DNA of 64,000 bases. Source: Felis catus. Its lineage: Eukaryota. Both the position numbers and the translations under genes were made by a program. The notes under the pieces were generated by a model that had not been told where the DNA came from, ran no database searches, and worked only from the letters and a program-made list of their open reading frames with translations. This document shows positions 1 to 12,419 of the stretch, piece by piece (the stretch's first letter is position 1; each line of letters starts with the position of its first letter). Where the stretch lies: assembly GCF_018350175.1 (NCBI RefSeq), contig NC_058368.1:54252001-54316000 (forward strand), in the 5' to 3' direction.

Positions 1-699
1 AAAAACGCTTGCTTTTATGGCAATCATTTATTTAATTTTTAAATATTTTTGGATCATAATTATCATACTAAAATCCGTGTTAATATGACAGAGAAATTTA
101 ATAGTCCTTTTATGGACTTAAAAAAATGTTATCCCAGTATACATCATTTAAAATTCTTCTGAAATGGTTAGTACAAATTCTATAGAACTTGGATGGGGTT
201 TTAGCATGGCTTTAGTTTAAAAATTATTCTTAAACACGGCCATTATCATATTAAATGCATAGCTGCTCTATTACCACTTTTTTGAAGCACTGATCTCAAC
301 AATAAGTTGAGAAAATCATTCTCACTCATAAAAGTCCATTTAAATTTAGTGGTGTGAACATCCCATTTACTTTAAAGAAAACCCCTTCTTATTCAAAACA
401 TTTAGACAAAAAATTACTTCACACAAAGAAGTTAAATACCACTGTTTAATGTTTTATTGCAGCACTGGGAACATTAAATAAATAACAATGGAAATAAAGG
501 AGGGCAGAAGGTCTGTTAAGCAGCCTGGACTTTATTTACACAAGAGACTGTTGAAATTTATGCTCAGGTTACTGAATACCAATTTATATAACAGCTGAAT
601 ATGTGGTTGTCACATTTAATTCTTTAAGAAATCTGCTTTTCAGCTGGAAACTGTGCCTTGCTCCACTTCATTGTCCTAGACATGCCATTTTACTACACA

Positions 700-1225
700 A
701 TAGCCGATTAGTTTAAAACTGGGGAAATTAGGGTACCCCATTCTCTTGGCCTCAGATTGATTGACTGGTCTAGTTATAGGTACAAAGCCAGTGTTGGCCA
801 ATGCATCCTTTCTCTAGTATTATCTTCTTGCCATGTGCATTTATTGTGGCTGAAGTTTTAATATGTAAAGAAGGCTGCAGTTGCAAATTGACACATGTCA
901 TATTTCATTGGCTGTAAGGGCAAGGGTGGGTTCTCTGTGGGGGCAGGGGATTGGTAGAGGGACAGTAGAAAGAATGAGAGAGAGAAAATGAGAGAAGTGG
1001 AATGAAGAGAAGAATGTGAAGGGAGAGAGAGAGATTAAGGTGACCCACAGGGTGAAAGAGAGGAGAGGTGGATAGTCCTGATGGCGCTTGAATTATTTGA
1101 ATTCTTGGTACTCTGCCTTGCCTACAGCCCGGTTGTTCTGCAAGATACTCCAATATCTTTCCAATAAAAAGGCTCCTTTAAAGTTTGTTTTTCCTAAGTA
1201 TCTGTTATTACCACCAAGATATTTC
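700..1225 (+). mobile_element. Old MaLR LTR (MLT1 family), degraded
   Basis: MLT1-like layout: TGATTG..TGGCCAAT 5' part, GA-rich middle, AATAAA at ~1163 followed by an LTR-end-like TCTGTTATTACCACCAAGA. Boundaries approximate; recognised by eye. Confidence 0.45.
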
Positions 1226-1366
1226 TAAAAAAATGCAAATTATATCTTATTTTACAGGTCTCGTTTAGAGAAACATCCATTTGAAGAAAGGCTAACTTGC
1301 AAATATGGTCTATCTCCAAATGCAGAGATCCTCATAAAACTACTTACCATTAATTATGTTTAACTT

Positions 1367-1416
1367 TTCTTTTTTAGTGTTTATTTTTGAGAGAGTGTGT
1401 GCATACAAACGGGAAG

Positions 1417-1460
<44 letters not shown>

Positions 1461-1579
1461 CCAAAGCAGGCTCTGTGCTGACAGTAGATAGCCGGATTCA
1501 GGCCTTAAACTCATGAACTGTGAAATCATGACTTGAGCCAAAGTTTGACGCTCAACCGACTGAGCCACTCAGGCGCCCC
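1367..1579 (-). mobile_element. Feline CanSINE (tRNA-derived)
   Basis: Reverse complement starts GGGGCGCCTGAGTGGCTCAGTCGGTTGAGCG; (CT)n tract and A tail; degenerate TSD taattatgtttaactt (1351-1366) / taatcatggtcaacgt (1580-1595). Confidence 0.95.
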
Positions 1580-2754
1580 TAATCATGGTCAACGTAAAGA
1601 AAGCAAATAGCAAAAGTAAAACCGTTGAATCTACTAACATGACTTAGTTCAAGACTTAGGCTTTCTTAAAAGAGTCAGAAAGGCAATTGATGAAATAATA
1701 TTGCATATGAAGTTTGCTTACTCAGTTTACTTCATGGAGACCTAAATAATCCTAGTGATTTTTGAATGTCTTAGTAAAACTGGCAAGTTATTAGAAATGA
1801 ATTTTACCCATTTTCATACATAAATCCCATTCACTTTTGCCTGTAAAATGAGCTCTTATAGTCCAACTCCAAACTCTTCTTACTTTAGTATCCTTCTTAA
1901 GGGCTTTCATTGTAAAAATCCTTGTTTTCAATTCTGTGTTGGTACAGGCATAGTCCCTGACATAATGTAATTTATATTTAGTGGAGGAGATAAATAAAAT
2001 ATGTCACTATAATACTGAATGACATACAGAAGCTATGGATATTTACTATGAGGGCTTAAGGATGCTTAAATTGCAAGACCTGTGTCTGCCTTTTTGGAGG
2101 TCATCACTATTTTTTTGGCTTTTTAGCCATCAACCAGAAAACTAGGAAATACAACTTTTATTGGGTAGCTCAGCAACCCATGTTTATAATTCTGTAATTC
2201 AAGACAGTTTTTAGGATAATAGCTATGCAGAATATTTTGTCAAGAGTACAGATCAGGGAAGAGCTCAGCCTCTTATGGAGAGGCTAAGGAGCACTTATAT
2301 TGAGCCTATTTCTAGTCTCCTTAAGGAAACTCCTTAACAGTTGCTAAACTGATGATGTCACTCCAGCCCCTGATAATTGTTTCTGAGTTTCCTTGACTTA
2401 ATTCTTTATCGAATGCTACAGCTCTAAGGGCTCTGACTGCCAGATCTTTGCTTTGCTGCTTTGCTTGCTTATTTTTGCTCTGACTCAACTTTCCTTCTTT
2501 TGACCTAAGTTCATGGCTGCTGGGTGATGATACACTCCATGCTCTTCATTTTCTTACTTTGGTTCACACCCAGTTTTGACATCCTTGCTTTTCTGTCTTC
2601 AGAGTTTGTCTCAAAGGGACTGCAATTCGTTTGCCCCTTAATTTTCTTAGAAAAATTGTCTGTTTCTTCCTAGACATTTACTAGGCTCCTTTATTGCTTA
2701 GTTAGCATGATGTCTTATTTCAATAAATAAATTAAAAATAATAATTAAAGTTTA

Positions 2755-2981
2755 TTTAAAAAATTTTTTTAAATGTTTTATTATTTATTTTTGAGAGAGA
2801 GAGAGAGGCAGAGCATGAACAGGGAGGAGCAGAGAGAGACACACACACACAGAATCTGAAGTAGCTCCAGGCTCTGAGCTGTCATCACAGAGCCCCACGC
2901 AAGGCTTGAACTCATGAACCTGTGAGATCATGACCTGAGCTGAAGTCAGATGCGTAACTGACTGAGCCACCCAGGCACTCC
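2755..2981 (-). mobile_element. Feline CanSINE
   Basis: Typical head and body on - strand; TSD aaaaataataattaaagttta (2734-2754) / aaaaataataatgaaagctta (2982-3002). Confidence 0.95.
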
Positions 2982-3139
2982 AAAAATAATAATGAAAGCT
3001 TAAACCAAGGCTGCCAGGGAATGAAAGAAAAATTATAATCAACACTACCTGACCTCTCTTTAGAACATGGAGGAAAGGAAGAAGTCTAGGCCCACTCTCA
3101 GATTTAGGTTCATGTTTCTGTGTTGGTGCTATTATTGAC

Positions 3140-3430
3140 AAAGCAGAGGAAATAGCAGGGCTAGCAGTTTTTGAAGCTGCAGAGGATGACTTTGGTTTTT
3201 GTTGCGTTTAACTTTCGAGACCCAAGGGGTATCCCAAGGGAGCTGTCCGTTAAAGTGTTAGGTATTTGGATCTGGAACTCAGAGGAGAGATTGAGGGTTA
3301 GATGATGGGATTCTTAGAGAGGGGAATCTCAGTTTTTAAAGAGTGAACTGTAAGCATATGCTATAGAGGAGATGGAAAAAGATAGATTTAAAAACTATAA
3401 AGGTAAATAAAAGAACAGTGGTGTAGAAAT
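3140..3430 (-). mobile_element. L2 fragment
   Basis: L2-like antisense motifs (tggatctggaactcagaggagaga, gactttggtttttg); highly diverged. Confidence 0.55.
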
Positions 3431-4066
3431 TGGAGAAGAGAAAATATTCAATGTGATGAGAATGCAGAGATATACTGCATGTGGTACTTCTATGGTTTGA
3501 CCTATCCAAATGGGGGGTGCAGAGCAAGATGCACTGGCAGAGAATCTTCCAACTCTGCCAATGTCCTTCAGTTGGAGCCCCCCACCCCCACCCTTTTTTG
3601 TAGGGTTGACTGCAGAGGCTACTAGAGGTATTCAAGACAATCTGTGTTAATAGCTTTCTCCTCTCTGTGCAACTGGAGTGCATGATGCCATCTTTTGCTG
3701 TGATCTGATTCAAGCATTCACGTTTCTCTTTCTCTAATTGGAGAGCATTTGCTTGTATACTTGAGAAGATTGCCTTTGCTTAATTTAAGATAAAGAATTT
3801 CACCTCTGGGTCCTCAAAAGAATCTCTGGGCAAACATCCTCATTTTAACCTTTAGTTACTTGTTTCCTAAGTGGTATCTGAACACATAGTTTGTGTTTAC
3901 CCAGAAAATGTCAAATGAATGATGTTGCTCTTGACCTCTATATTTATTATAATCTGTGAATATGGCCCACATAAGGCTGATTGCATTGGGTGTTTTTAAA
4001 ATATACATGTGGGCATGATCATTAGTCAATCTAACAAATTTTCAAAAAACATTTTTTGATAATTTT

Positions 4067-4283
4067 ATTTTATTATTTTTTAACTGTTTTATTTTTTAGA
4101 GAGAGAGAGAAAGACAGAGCATGAGTGGGGGAGAGGCAGAGAGAGGGAAACAGAATCCAAAGTAGGCTCCAGGCTCTGAGCTGTCAGCAATGAGCCTGAC
4201 GTGGGGCTTGAGCCCATGGACCATGAGATCATTGATCTGCGCCAAAGTCGGATGCTCGACTGACTGAGCCACCCAGGTGCCCC
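4067..4283 (-). mobile_element. Feline CanSINE
   Basis: Head GGGGCACCTGGGTGGCTCAGTCAGTCGAGC on - strand; TSD-like cattttttgataatttta / cattttttatcatttta. Confidence 0.95.
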
Positions 4284-5109
4284 CATTTTTTATCATTTTA
4301 AAGTGGATTCCATCTGTGAGATGAGATTGGTAAAGGAAGTGAAAAATGATGATTTTGATCAATAAAATGTTCAAATATTTCTTACTCTTGGTAATTTTAG
4401 TGACAGTTTTCTTACCATTTCTATGCTTTAGTTTTTGACTCTGGAAAACTGAGTCTACTTGGACTTGAGCCATTGGCCTATTTTGTGTTTCCAGTTTTTG
4501 CAAATTGGAACATGTATTACATTTCAGAGTTCCTAAGCCAAAAGTATATTAAAAATCCCCATTTGCTCTTTTCTAATGGAAAAACAAAGTGATCTCCAAC
4601 AGAGAGGGACTCCCTTTTCTGTGAGCTTGCCTGCAGAACAGGAGAGTATTTGCATGTGAGCTCAGAATCACTGTGCCAAAAAGGTGGTGTGTTTTGATGT
4701 ATTCTATCAATCATTTTGTTCTTTTGTTAAGATTTTTATTTTGTGTTTCGCAGAATGTAAATCTGGCTCATTGCCTTTAAATATTCATGTGGAGTCATAT
4801 ATTATCTTAAAAATTTCATGTTTTTCTTGGCATAATTCTTAAATTAGAATTAAGAGCCTCTATAATTTATGAGCCAATCAATTGCATTTCTGGATATAAA
4901 ATGGAACCAATCAAGCCAATGGAGTAAAGATGCATAAGTCAAGTTGCTCTGGAAATGAAAATACAGTTGAGAACTATATTTTTCTGCTGGAACAAAACAG
5001 ATCGTCTTTATGAGAGTTATGGGGTAACTCAGTCAAGTCAAATAATCAAGCAATTTGTTTTTGCTGTTGTTTCTACTCTGCTGAGGTGATCCCAAATCTG
5101 GATTTCTTT

Positions 5110-5470
5110 TATTATGGACTGAATGTTTGAGGCTACCTCAAATTTCACATGTTGAAGTCCTGTGGTAGTTGGAGATGGGGTCTTTAGCAGGATACTAGAG
5201 TTAGATTAGGTCATGAGGGTGGGGTCCTCCTAATGGAATTAGTGGTCTTATAAAAAGAGAAAGTGAGAAAGAGATCTCTTTCTCTATCCACCTGTGTGAA
5301 CATAACCAGAATGTGGCAAGCCAGGAAGCGAGTTCTTGCCAGAAACAGAGTTGGCCTGTGCTTTTATCTTGGATTTCCCAGCCTCAAGAACTGTAAGGAA
5401 ATAAATTTCTGAAGTTTCAGTTACCTGATCTGTGGTATTTTTGTTATGGGAGTCCAAGCAGACTAAGACA
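5110..5470 (+). mobile_element. MaLR solo LTR (MLT1A-like)
   Basis: Starts TATTATGGACTGAATGTTTG, contains GGTCATGAGGGTGGGGTCC and AATAAA, ends GACTAAGACA; ~360 bp. Confidence 0.85.
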
Positions 5471-5549
5471 AATACGATGGTCCCTTAGCTGTTTCCTTGT
5501 TTCTTCATTTTTCAGAATCTTATTTGATCCTTCATATTTCAGATGCAGA

Positions 5550-5760
5550 CAAATCAATAAACAAAATGTTCAGAGATTGTGAGGTACTGTATGGGACATA
5601 AACAGGGTAATGTGATGGAGAAATAGAAGAGTAATCAGGGAAGACCTCTTTTTGGAGATGGCATTGTTGTCGAGAATAAGGTTAATTAATGTTGTGAGGA
5701 GTAAGGGCGGGAGAGTGTTTTAGGAAGAGGGAATGGCCATCTCACTGATCCTGTGTGCAC
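5550..5760 (-). mobile_element. L2 3' fragment
   Basis: tcagggaagacctcttt..ggagatggcatt and gagtgttttaggaagagggaat match antisense L2 3' region. Confidence 0.6.
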
Positions 5761-7934
5761 CCTAGAATCCACTCTTTGCGTATTCTTAATATTAAATAGA
5801 AACAGCTGGAAAGAAGTAGAAAAGATGAAGTTTGTTTTGAATTTGGTTAGGGCCTTTGAAAATATAATTTTTTTTTTTACTGAGTACATATGCAAATTAT
5901 TTAAGAGAAAATAATGGCAAAGTATCTAAAATTGGAACAATTGCTGAAAATGTTGTTAGTTGACATTCTCATCCTTCCTCTGTCCTCTACATTTGGGTTA
6001 CGACACAATTTTATGTGTCTCCAAATTTTGTAGGATCTCCGTTCATGATTGTGAATGCCTCTCTACAACCTGACGTTAGAAACTATGAATGGATTTGGGA
6101 ATTCAGTGTAGATTTGCTGGAGCGCAGTGTCTTATTTCTACCACATAGGTTAAAGTCGAACCTCTGGAGCCAGATTTCTGCAGCGATTTCCTGGCTGAGG
6201 CTCTACAAATGTGGTTGGCACCACACTAGGTGGCTCAGGTAGCCAGGAACTGAGATTATGTTTACCATTTTCATAAACCCTCATGGAATAAATATAGGCT
6301 CCAGTCACCCTTTCTTCTACCCCCACTATAGCTGTTAGCAGGAAGGAAGTATCATTTCCATCTCTTGGTACAATGAAAGCTCTGAGAATCTAGTTACAAT
6401 TTCTCTTAGCAAATGGAATCCCAGCAGTGTCTGTACATAGCTGAAATGCACATGTATTCTCCTCTTGGAGTTTTTTTTTCAGACCATGGTTGAAAAATAT
6501 CTGCTCTTTAAATTATTCCATTGCTTTCCAGAGGAAGTATTAATTACATGACTGCAAGCATAGATCAGGCTGGGATGTAATTACAGGGCTTACTTTGTCT
6601 CTGTTGTCCAACAGAATGAGGCAGGAAGTGTGCACGATGCCAGCGGTTTAAGGTGTTCTGGAGCCCATTATGTTTCTGGTTCTCTCAAAAACTTAAGCAT
6701 GGATCAAATGACAGTTCTGTTGCCCAATTGTCTGGAAAAATGACAAAGCACGTATTACCAGAGATACATTTTTACAAGTTTTATGTTTGTACATCAACAC
6801 GAAATGCTGTATGCAGCCTTAAAAAGGGAGGCTTCATTCTTATTATCTGTTTTTTCTCTCTTTTGTCATAGTTTGAGTCCATCATTCTATATGGGGGTAT
6901 CACTTTAAGCAATGATGTAGCTATTAAGATAAAAATGTGTTTGCATTATAGAGTTATGTCTTTTTAACAATACTTCTATATAAAATTGGTGTTTAAAAAG
7001 ATGTCTAACTTCAAATTGGAATGTCAGAATAACAATAATTGCCTCTAAAAAATACCTATCTCATTTGCTCTTTTTTAAAAAAGTGTTGTTATTTCCTGTG
7101 TTGTGATTTTTCATCATTCTTGTAAAAATTGGATCTATTTAAGTTTTTACTTGTTAGTTCTCTTGCAAGTTTCCTTGCAATGATCATGTTCATTCTCAGT
7201 TTTTAAGCTCTCTCGTTCAGTTAAAGAAGCGTTTTCATTTTGCCTCTGTTTCCTGTCATTTGGGGTGCTACATCTTCTGAAAGTTCTCCTCTTAACTACA
7301 CATTTTCCTCTGTCTATTCTCCCATCCCAAATATTATATTTCTTGATATTTTTCTTGTCACTCTTGGGCAATCTGTACTATATCCCTACTCTTTCCTTAA
7401 ACTTTCCTCTTAAGGAAATGTTTGGTTTCCTCTTAATTCACCCCAACTTACATTCTGAGTGTACGTTTTTCTCAAAGCCTGTGTACATATAATCATTTTT
7501 AGGACCAGTTACATAACTCTGATCTTATTACTGTTTTTGCAATCATTTTATTTACTTCCTGTTCCAGGTTTCATTTTTCATATTCTTATTCTTGTCGTCT
7601 TAAAAACAGGCTGACAATTTCTATTATACATCAGAGCAGGAGAAATGAACCTCCAGAGTTGTACATGCCTCCTTCTCCCTCCCTTTTTTTTTTTTTGATC
7701 ATATTGATAGTAGCCATCATTCCAGAGACATGGACTTGGATTTCGATGAACATCTCCATTCACTGCTAGAAAAGTAATGCTAAACTGGATTGGTGGATTT
7801 GCTTCAGAAGGAAATAAAAAACCATATTTAATGTATTGTAAGATTTGACGTGTAGGTAAATTTATGTGGTAAGGAACAAAAGAAAATATTCAATGAGAAG
7901 ACCATTAAAAGGTTCTGTAATGCAATAGCAGGTG

Positions 7935-8120
7935 TAGGTGTAGTGATATAAAGCCAAAAGGCCTGGGTCTGAGTCTTGGCTGTGTGTCTTGCGGTGTGGT
8001 ATTACTGGGCACGCCATCCAAATTCTTCTCTCTTGTCTCACATAAAACGGGAAAAGGTATTCATCTTCAAGAGTTGTCATGTTAAAAATTAAGTAGGATT
8101 ACTGATATGTAAGTGCCTAA
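7935..8120 (+). mobile_element. MIR
   Basis: MIR-like core: cctgggtctgagtcttggct..ctgggcac..cataaaacggga..gagttgtcatg..atgtaagtgcct. Confidence 0.6.
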
Positions 8121-8264
8121 TTTTCTTTTGTTATCTTCTTTCTGTTTTTAACATTTTTTTTTTTTGCTAGTCTGTGCTCATCTTGATTAAATTGGTTCTT
8201 TGTTTATAAACCTGTACTGAACACTGAGTAAGAAACAGTGATAGACTTTTGGTGGAGGTCACAG

Positions 8265-8415
8265 AGCATCACACTTAGGAGCACAGGATCTAGTCAAGTA
8301 GAACTGTGTTCATCTCTCAGCTTTCCTGCTTCCTATGGGTGTGATCTTGGGCAAGATGCTTAACTTCTTTAAACTCAGCCTTTTCACCTGTAAATTTGGG
8401 ATAATAATAGTATGA
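8265..8415 (+). mobile_element. MIR
   Basis: Core tgtgatcttgggcaagatgcttaacttct..cacctgtaaatttgggataataatagta. Confidence 0.75.
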
Positions 8416-8503
8416 GACAGAATATAAAGCAATGAAAGGAACTGTTGCATATTTCATCAGGATTCAATCGATGTTAGTGATCACAAGTCAATAGCATTGA
8501 CTT

Positions 8504-8604
8504 AAAAGCATCATAATATCAGTCAGGAATTCAGTGTTATAGCTGTTTTCTTTAAAAAGCATCATAATATCAGTCAGGAATTCAGTGTTGTAGCTGTTTT
8601 CTTT
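8504..8604. repeat. Tandem duplication, 51-bp period
   Basis: Two 50-nt copies (8504-8553, 8555-8604) of aaaagcatcataatatcagtcaggaattcagtgtt[a/g]tagctgttttcttt, one mismatch. Confidence 0.95.
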
Positions 8605-8892
8605 CCTTAAAATCTATACTACGTAAAATGTCTTAACTTCATCTAGGCATGCAGCTTAACTCCGCTTTGTAAATATAAGTTAACTAAATATAGTTAGTTC
8701 TGAATTAGTTCAAATGTTAGATTTCGTTTAAACAAATGCAAACAATATGCTTTGTACTTAGTTTTTGCTTTTAACAGACCACATGTGAGTATTTGTAATG
8801 AACGTGTAAATGCAAATGACTGTTGCTAAATAAATAATTAAGAGACCGGGTTATTACACAGGAAAGAGCAGAGAACTTCATAACAGTTTTTT

Positions 8893-10354
8893 TTTCATGT
8901 TTTACTTAGTTTTACTTTTGTTTCTGTACTCTTTCCATATTTTTTTATTTATTTTTTATTTATTTTTTTATATATGAAATTTATTGACAAATTAGTTTCC
9001 ATACAACACCCAGTGCTCATCCCAAAAGGTGCCCTCCTTAATACCCATCACCCACCCTCTCCTCCCTCCCACCCCCCATCAACCCTCAGTTTGTTCTCAG
9101 TTTTTAACAGTCTCTTATGCTTTGGCTCTCTCCCACTCTAACCTCTTTTTTTTTTTTTTCCTTCCCCTCCCCCATGGGTTCCTGTTAAGTTTCTCAGGAT
9201 CCACCTAAGAGTGAAACCATATGGTATCTGTCTTTCTCTGTATGGCTTATTTCACTTAGCATCACACTCTCCAGTTCCATCCACGTTGCTACAAAAGGCC
9301 ATATTTCATTTTTTCTCATTGCCACGTAATATTCCATTGTGTATATAAACCACAATTTCTTTATCCATTCATCAGTTGATGGACATTTAGGCTCTTTCCA
9401 TAATTTGGCTATTGTTGAAAGTGCTGCTATAAACATTGGGGTACAAGTGGCCCTATGCATCAGTACTCCTGTATCCCTTGGATAAATTCCTAGCAGTGCT
9501 ATTGCTGGGTCATAGGGTAGGTCTATTTTTAATTTTCTGAGGAACCTCCACACTGTTTTCCAGAGCGGCTGCACCAATTTGCATTCCCACCAACAGTGCA
9601 AGAGGGTTCCCGTTTCTCCACATCCTCTCCAGCATCTATAGTCTCCTGATTTGTTCATTTTGGCCACTCTGACTGGCGTGAGGTGATACCTGAGTGTGGT
9701 TTTGATTTGTATTTCCCTGATAAGGAGCGACGCTGAACATCTTTTCATGTGCCTGTTGGCCATCCGGATGTCTTCTTTAGAGAAGTGTCTATTCATGTTT
9801 TCTGCCCATTTCTTCACTGGGTTATTTGTTTTTCGGGTGTGGAGTTTGGTGAGCTCTTTATAGATTTTGGATACTAGCCCTTTGTCCGATATGTCATTTG
9901 CGAATATCTTTTCCCATTCCGTTGGTTGCCTTTTAGTTTTGTTGGTTGTTTCCTTTGCTGTGCAGAAGCTTTTTATCTTCATAAGGTCCCAGTAATTCAC
10001 TTTTGCTTTTAATTCCCTTGCCTTTGGGGATGTGTCGAGTAAGAGATTGCTACGGCTGAGGTCAGAGAGGTCTTTTCCTGCTTTCTCCTCTAAGGTTTTG
10101 ATGGTTTCTTGTCTCACATTTAGGTCCTTTATCCATTTTGAGTTTATTTTTGTGAATGGTGTGAGAAAGTGGTCTAGTTTCAACCTTCTGCATGTTGCTG
10201 TCCAGTTCTCCCAGCACCATTTGTTAAAGAGGCTGTCTTTTTTCCATTGGATGTTCTTTCCTGCTTTGTCAAAGATGAGTTGGCCATACGTTTGTGGGTC
10301 TAGTTCTGGGGTTTCTATTCTGTTCCATTGGTCTATGTGTCTGTTTTTGTGCCA
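8893..10354 (-). mobile_element. Young 5'-truncated felid L1 with TSD and probable 3' transduction
   Basis: Uninterrupted ORF2 C-terminus, G-rich 3' UTR, AATAAA (8980-8985) and A-rich tail (8941-8968); TSD cataacagtttttt at 8879-8892 and 10355-10368. Confidence 0.95.
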
Positions 10355-10357
10355 CAT
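9194..10357 (-). pseudogene. L1 ORF2p C-terminal fragment (387 aa open; lacks EN and RT)
   Basis: [42 protein letters not shown] (Cys-rich knuckle)..MLSEIS; no stops or frameshifts. The initial ATG lies in the flanking TSD. Confidence 0.9.
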
Positions 10358-10995
10358 AACAGTTTTTTCATAACTTGGTTTTATAAACCATTTCTCCCAG
10401 CTTCTGGTAGTGTGACCATATACTTATCTGACTCTAAATTTTGATCTTTAAGTTTTCTATAATCTCTGCCTCCTTGCATTTATCTCCTTGGGTCAGAGAA
10501 AATAAAAACAGTTTTATTCAGAGAAAAGGGGGGCAGCTCCAAAATACTCTTAATATTTCCCAGGAAGAAAATACAAATACATGGCAGAAATAATGAAGGA
10601 ATTTCTTAGATTAAAACCTGAGTTTTAAGTAAGTGGTATAGGAGAAGACCAACATAAATACATGAAATATTTCAATTATGGATTATTTTTTTAAAGTGAT
10701 TGAAATATTAGCACTTTCCGTTATAGAGACTTGAACTCTTAAGTAAGTTTTTTTTTTGAAAATTTAGAAAATATTTTTATTGTTTTGAGCTCTTAAGTAA
10801 GGTTTTGGCAGAAGTTTTAAGGAGATAAATTTTAATACCTAGATAAGGATTATTTTAATAAGAATATGAATTTTTGATTATTCATACATGTCCCCCTAAT
10901 TCTTGAAAATGGTTTGATGTACTTAACATTCAGTTATGATTTGTTTACATCAATTTTTTCTAGCATATTTATTTTGCATAAGGAAAAGAAATATT

Positions 10996-11425
10996 TGTGG
11001 TGGAAGAGATGGCTATATGCCAAAAATGAGTATTCTCTCTTCTGAGCGCAGAGCTGTGTTTGGGAACTATCTGCCCATTTTCCCACGGGGGGGGGGGTGC
11101 TTCCCTGCTCCACCTGCTCTGCGGTTAAGAGCAGTCATGTGACTGAGGCACAGTTAACGGAACAACAGAAAGAAAACACTCCTCTAGGCCTGCCAACTCT
11201 CCCAGGATTCACTCCTGCCCTGTTCCATTTCTGGCTGGCTGGAGTGGAGAAGACCCCTGGGGTGACCTTAGTAGAACCCGAGTTCCAGGCTGACTGCGGG
11301 GAGAAGGCTCTCCAGCTAGCCTGGACCTCGGACGCTTCCGTGGGACATTAAGAGTGTGGAATTAAATTTTAGTTGTGTGAAACCATTCAGTTTTGGGAGT
11401 TTTCGTAACAACTTGCATTAGTACA
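10996..11425 (+). mobile_element. MaLR LTR (MLT1I/J-like)
   Basis: Starts TGTGGTGGAAGAGA; contains gcggttaagagcagtcatgtgactgag; 3' end attaaattttagttgtgtgaaaccatt. Confidence 0.65.
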
Positions 11426-11462
11426 TTTTCTTAGCTACTTCCTGAATCCTTACAAATTAATA

Positions 11463-12052
11463 CAGTCACCACTTTAATGCCAGGTGGTTTGGGGGTTAGG
11501 GACGGCAGCACCCACACAATTGAAAATTGGGTATTAGCTTTTGACTTCTCAAACACTTAACTACTAGTAGCCTGCTGTTGACTGCAAGCGTTACTGATAA
11601 CATAAACTGTTGATTAAAATATATTTTATATGTTATATGTGTTATGTACTATATTCTTAAAGTAAGCTAGAGAAAAGAAATTGTTTTAAGAATATCATAA
11701 AGAGAAAATACATTTACTGCACTTACTGTCTTAATTTTTTTAATGATTTATTTATTTTTGAGGGAGAGAGAAAGAGAGACAGAGCGCAAGTTGGGGAGGG
11801 GCAAAGAGAGAGGGAAACGCGAATTCGAAGCAGGCTACAGGCTCCCAGCTGTCAGTACAGAGCCACTCCAGCCCCCCACCAGACACACACACAGGGCTTA
11901 AGCCCAGGAACCGTGAGATCATGACCTGAGTCATAGTTGGTTGCTCAACGACTGAGCCACCCAAGCACCCCTGTGCCATGTGTTAGTGAAAAAAAGATGA
12001 GTGCATAAGTGGACCCATACAGTTCAAGCCCATGTTGTTCAAGGGGCAGCTG
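11463..12052. mobile_element. Tigger2a-like non-autonomous TcMar DNA transposon, interrupted by a SINE
   Basis: TA-flanked ends (TA|CAGTCACC..., ...tgttgttcaaggggcagctg|TA); internal ttttgacttctcaaacacttaactactagtagcctgctgttgac and ataagtggaccc typical of Tigger2. Confidence 0.85.
11733..11971 (-). mobile_element. Feline CanSINE nested in the Tigger2-like element
   Basis: Head GGGGTGCTTGGGTGGCTCAGTCGTTGAGC on - strand; carries an extra C/CA-rich segment at ~11866-11894. Confidence 0.93.
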
Positions 12053-12419
12053 TATAACCCAACGTTATGATATTATATTGCTTATAGCTCTTATGCAATG
12101 TTTATAGCTTTTATGCAGCATACCAAAACAGCGTGTCACTTAGCATAGAGGTACTTTCACTGCAATGATCAGGAACCTGCATTTACAGATTTAAGAAAAA
12201 TCTTTATTAATAATATATTAACCCTCTCCTCATATCTTGTTCAATTTTATATAATCCTTAATATTGCAAAGACCTTACATACCTTTCAACTACCAAAAAT
12301 TAAAGAACTGACACTCCCTTAGCCCAGAGAATAAAACTCTTCAAATCTCGAACTGTCAGAAAAGAGGTGTCTGAGTGATGATTCAACACTACTCTCCTGA
12401 TTCTACCCTGAATTTTTTT

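Noticed and set aside
6015..6242. 75-aa ORF / possible exon 6034-6238
   Set aside because: Weak donor (gtagcc), no recognisable protein similarity; ORFs of this size are expected by chance.
7568..7700. Acceptor-like sites (ttcctgttccag, ttaaaaacag)
   Set aside because: No convincing donor or recognisable coding frame.
8504..8604. Direct repeats as a possible CRISPR-like array
   Set aside because: Only two adjacent copies, no spacers, mammalian context.
10032..10373. 113-aa + strand ORF (and the similar 49230-49652 - strand ORF)
   Set aside because: Antisense reading of L1 ORF2; not an independent gene.
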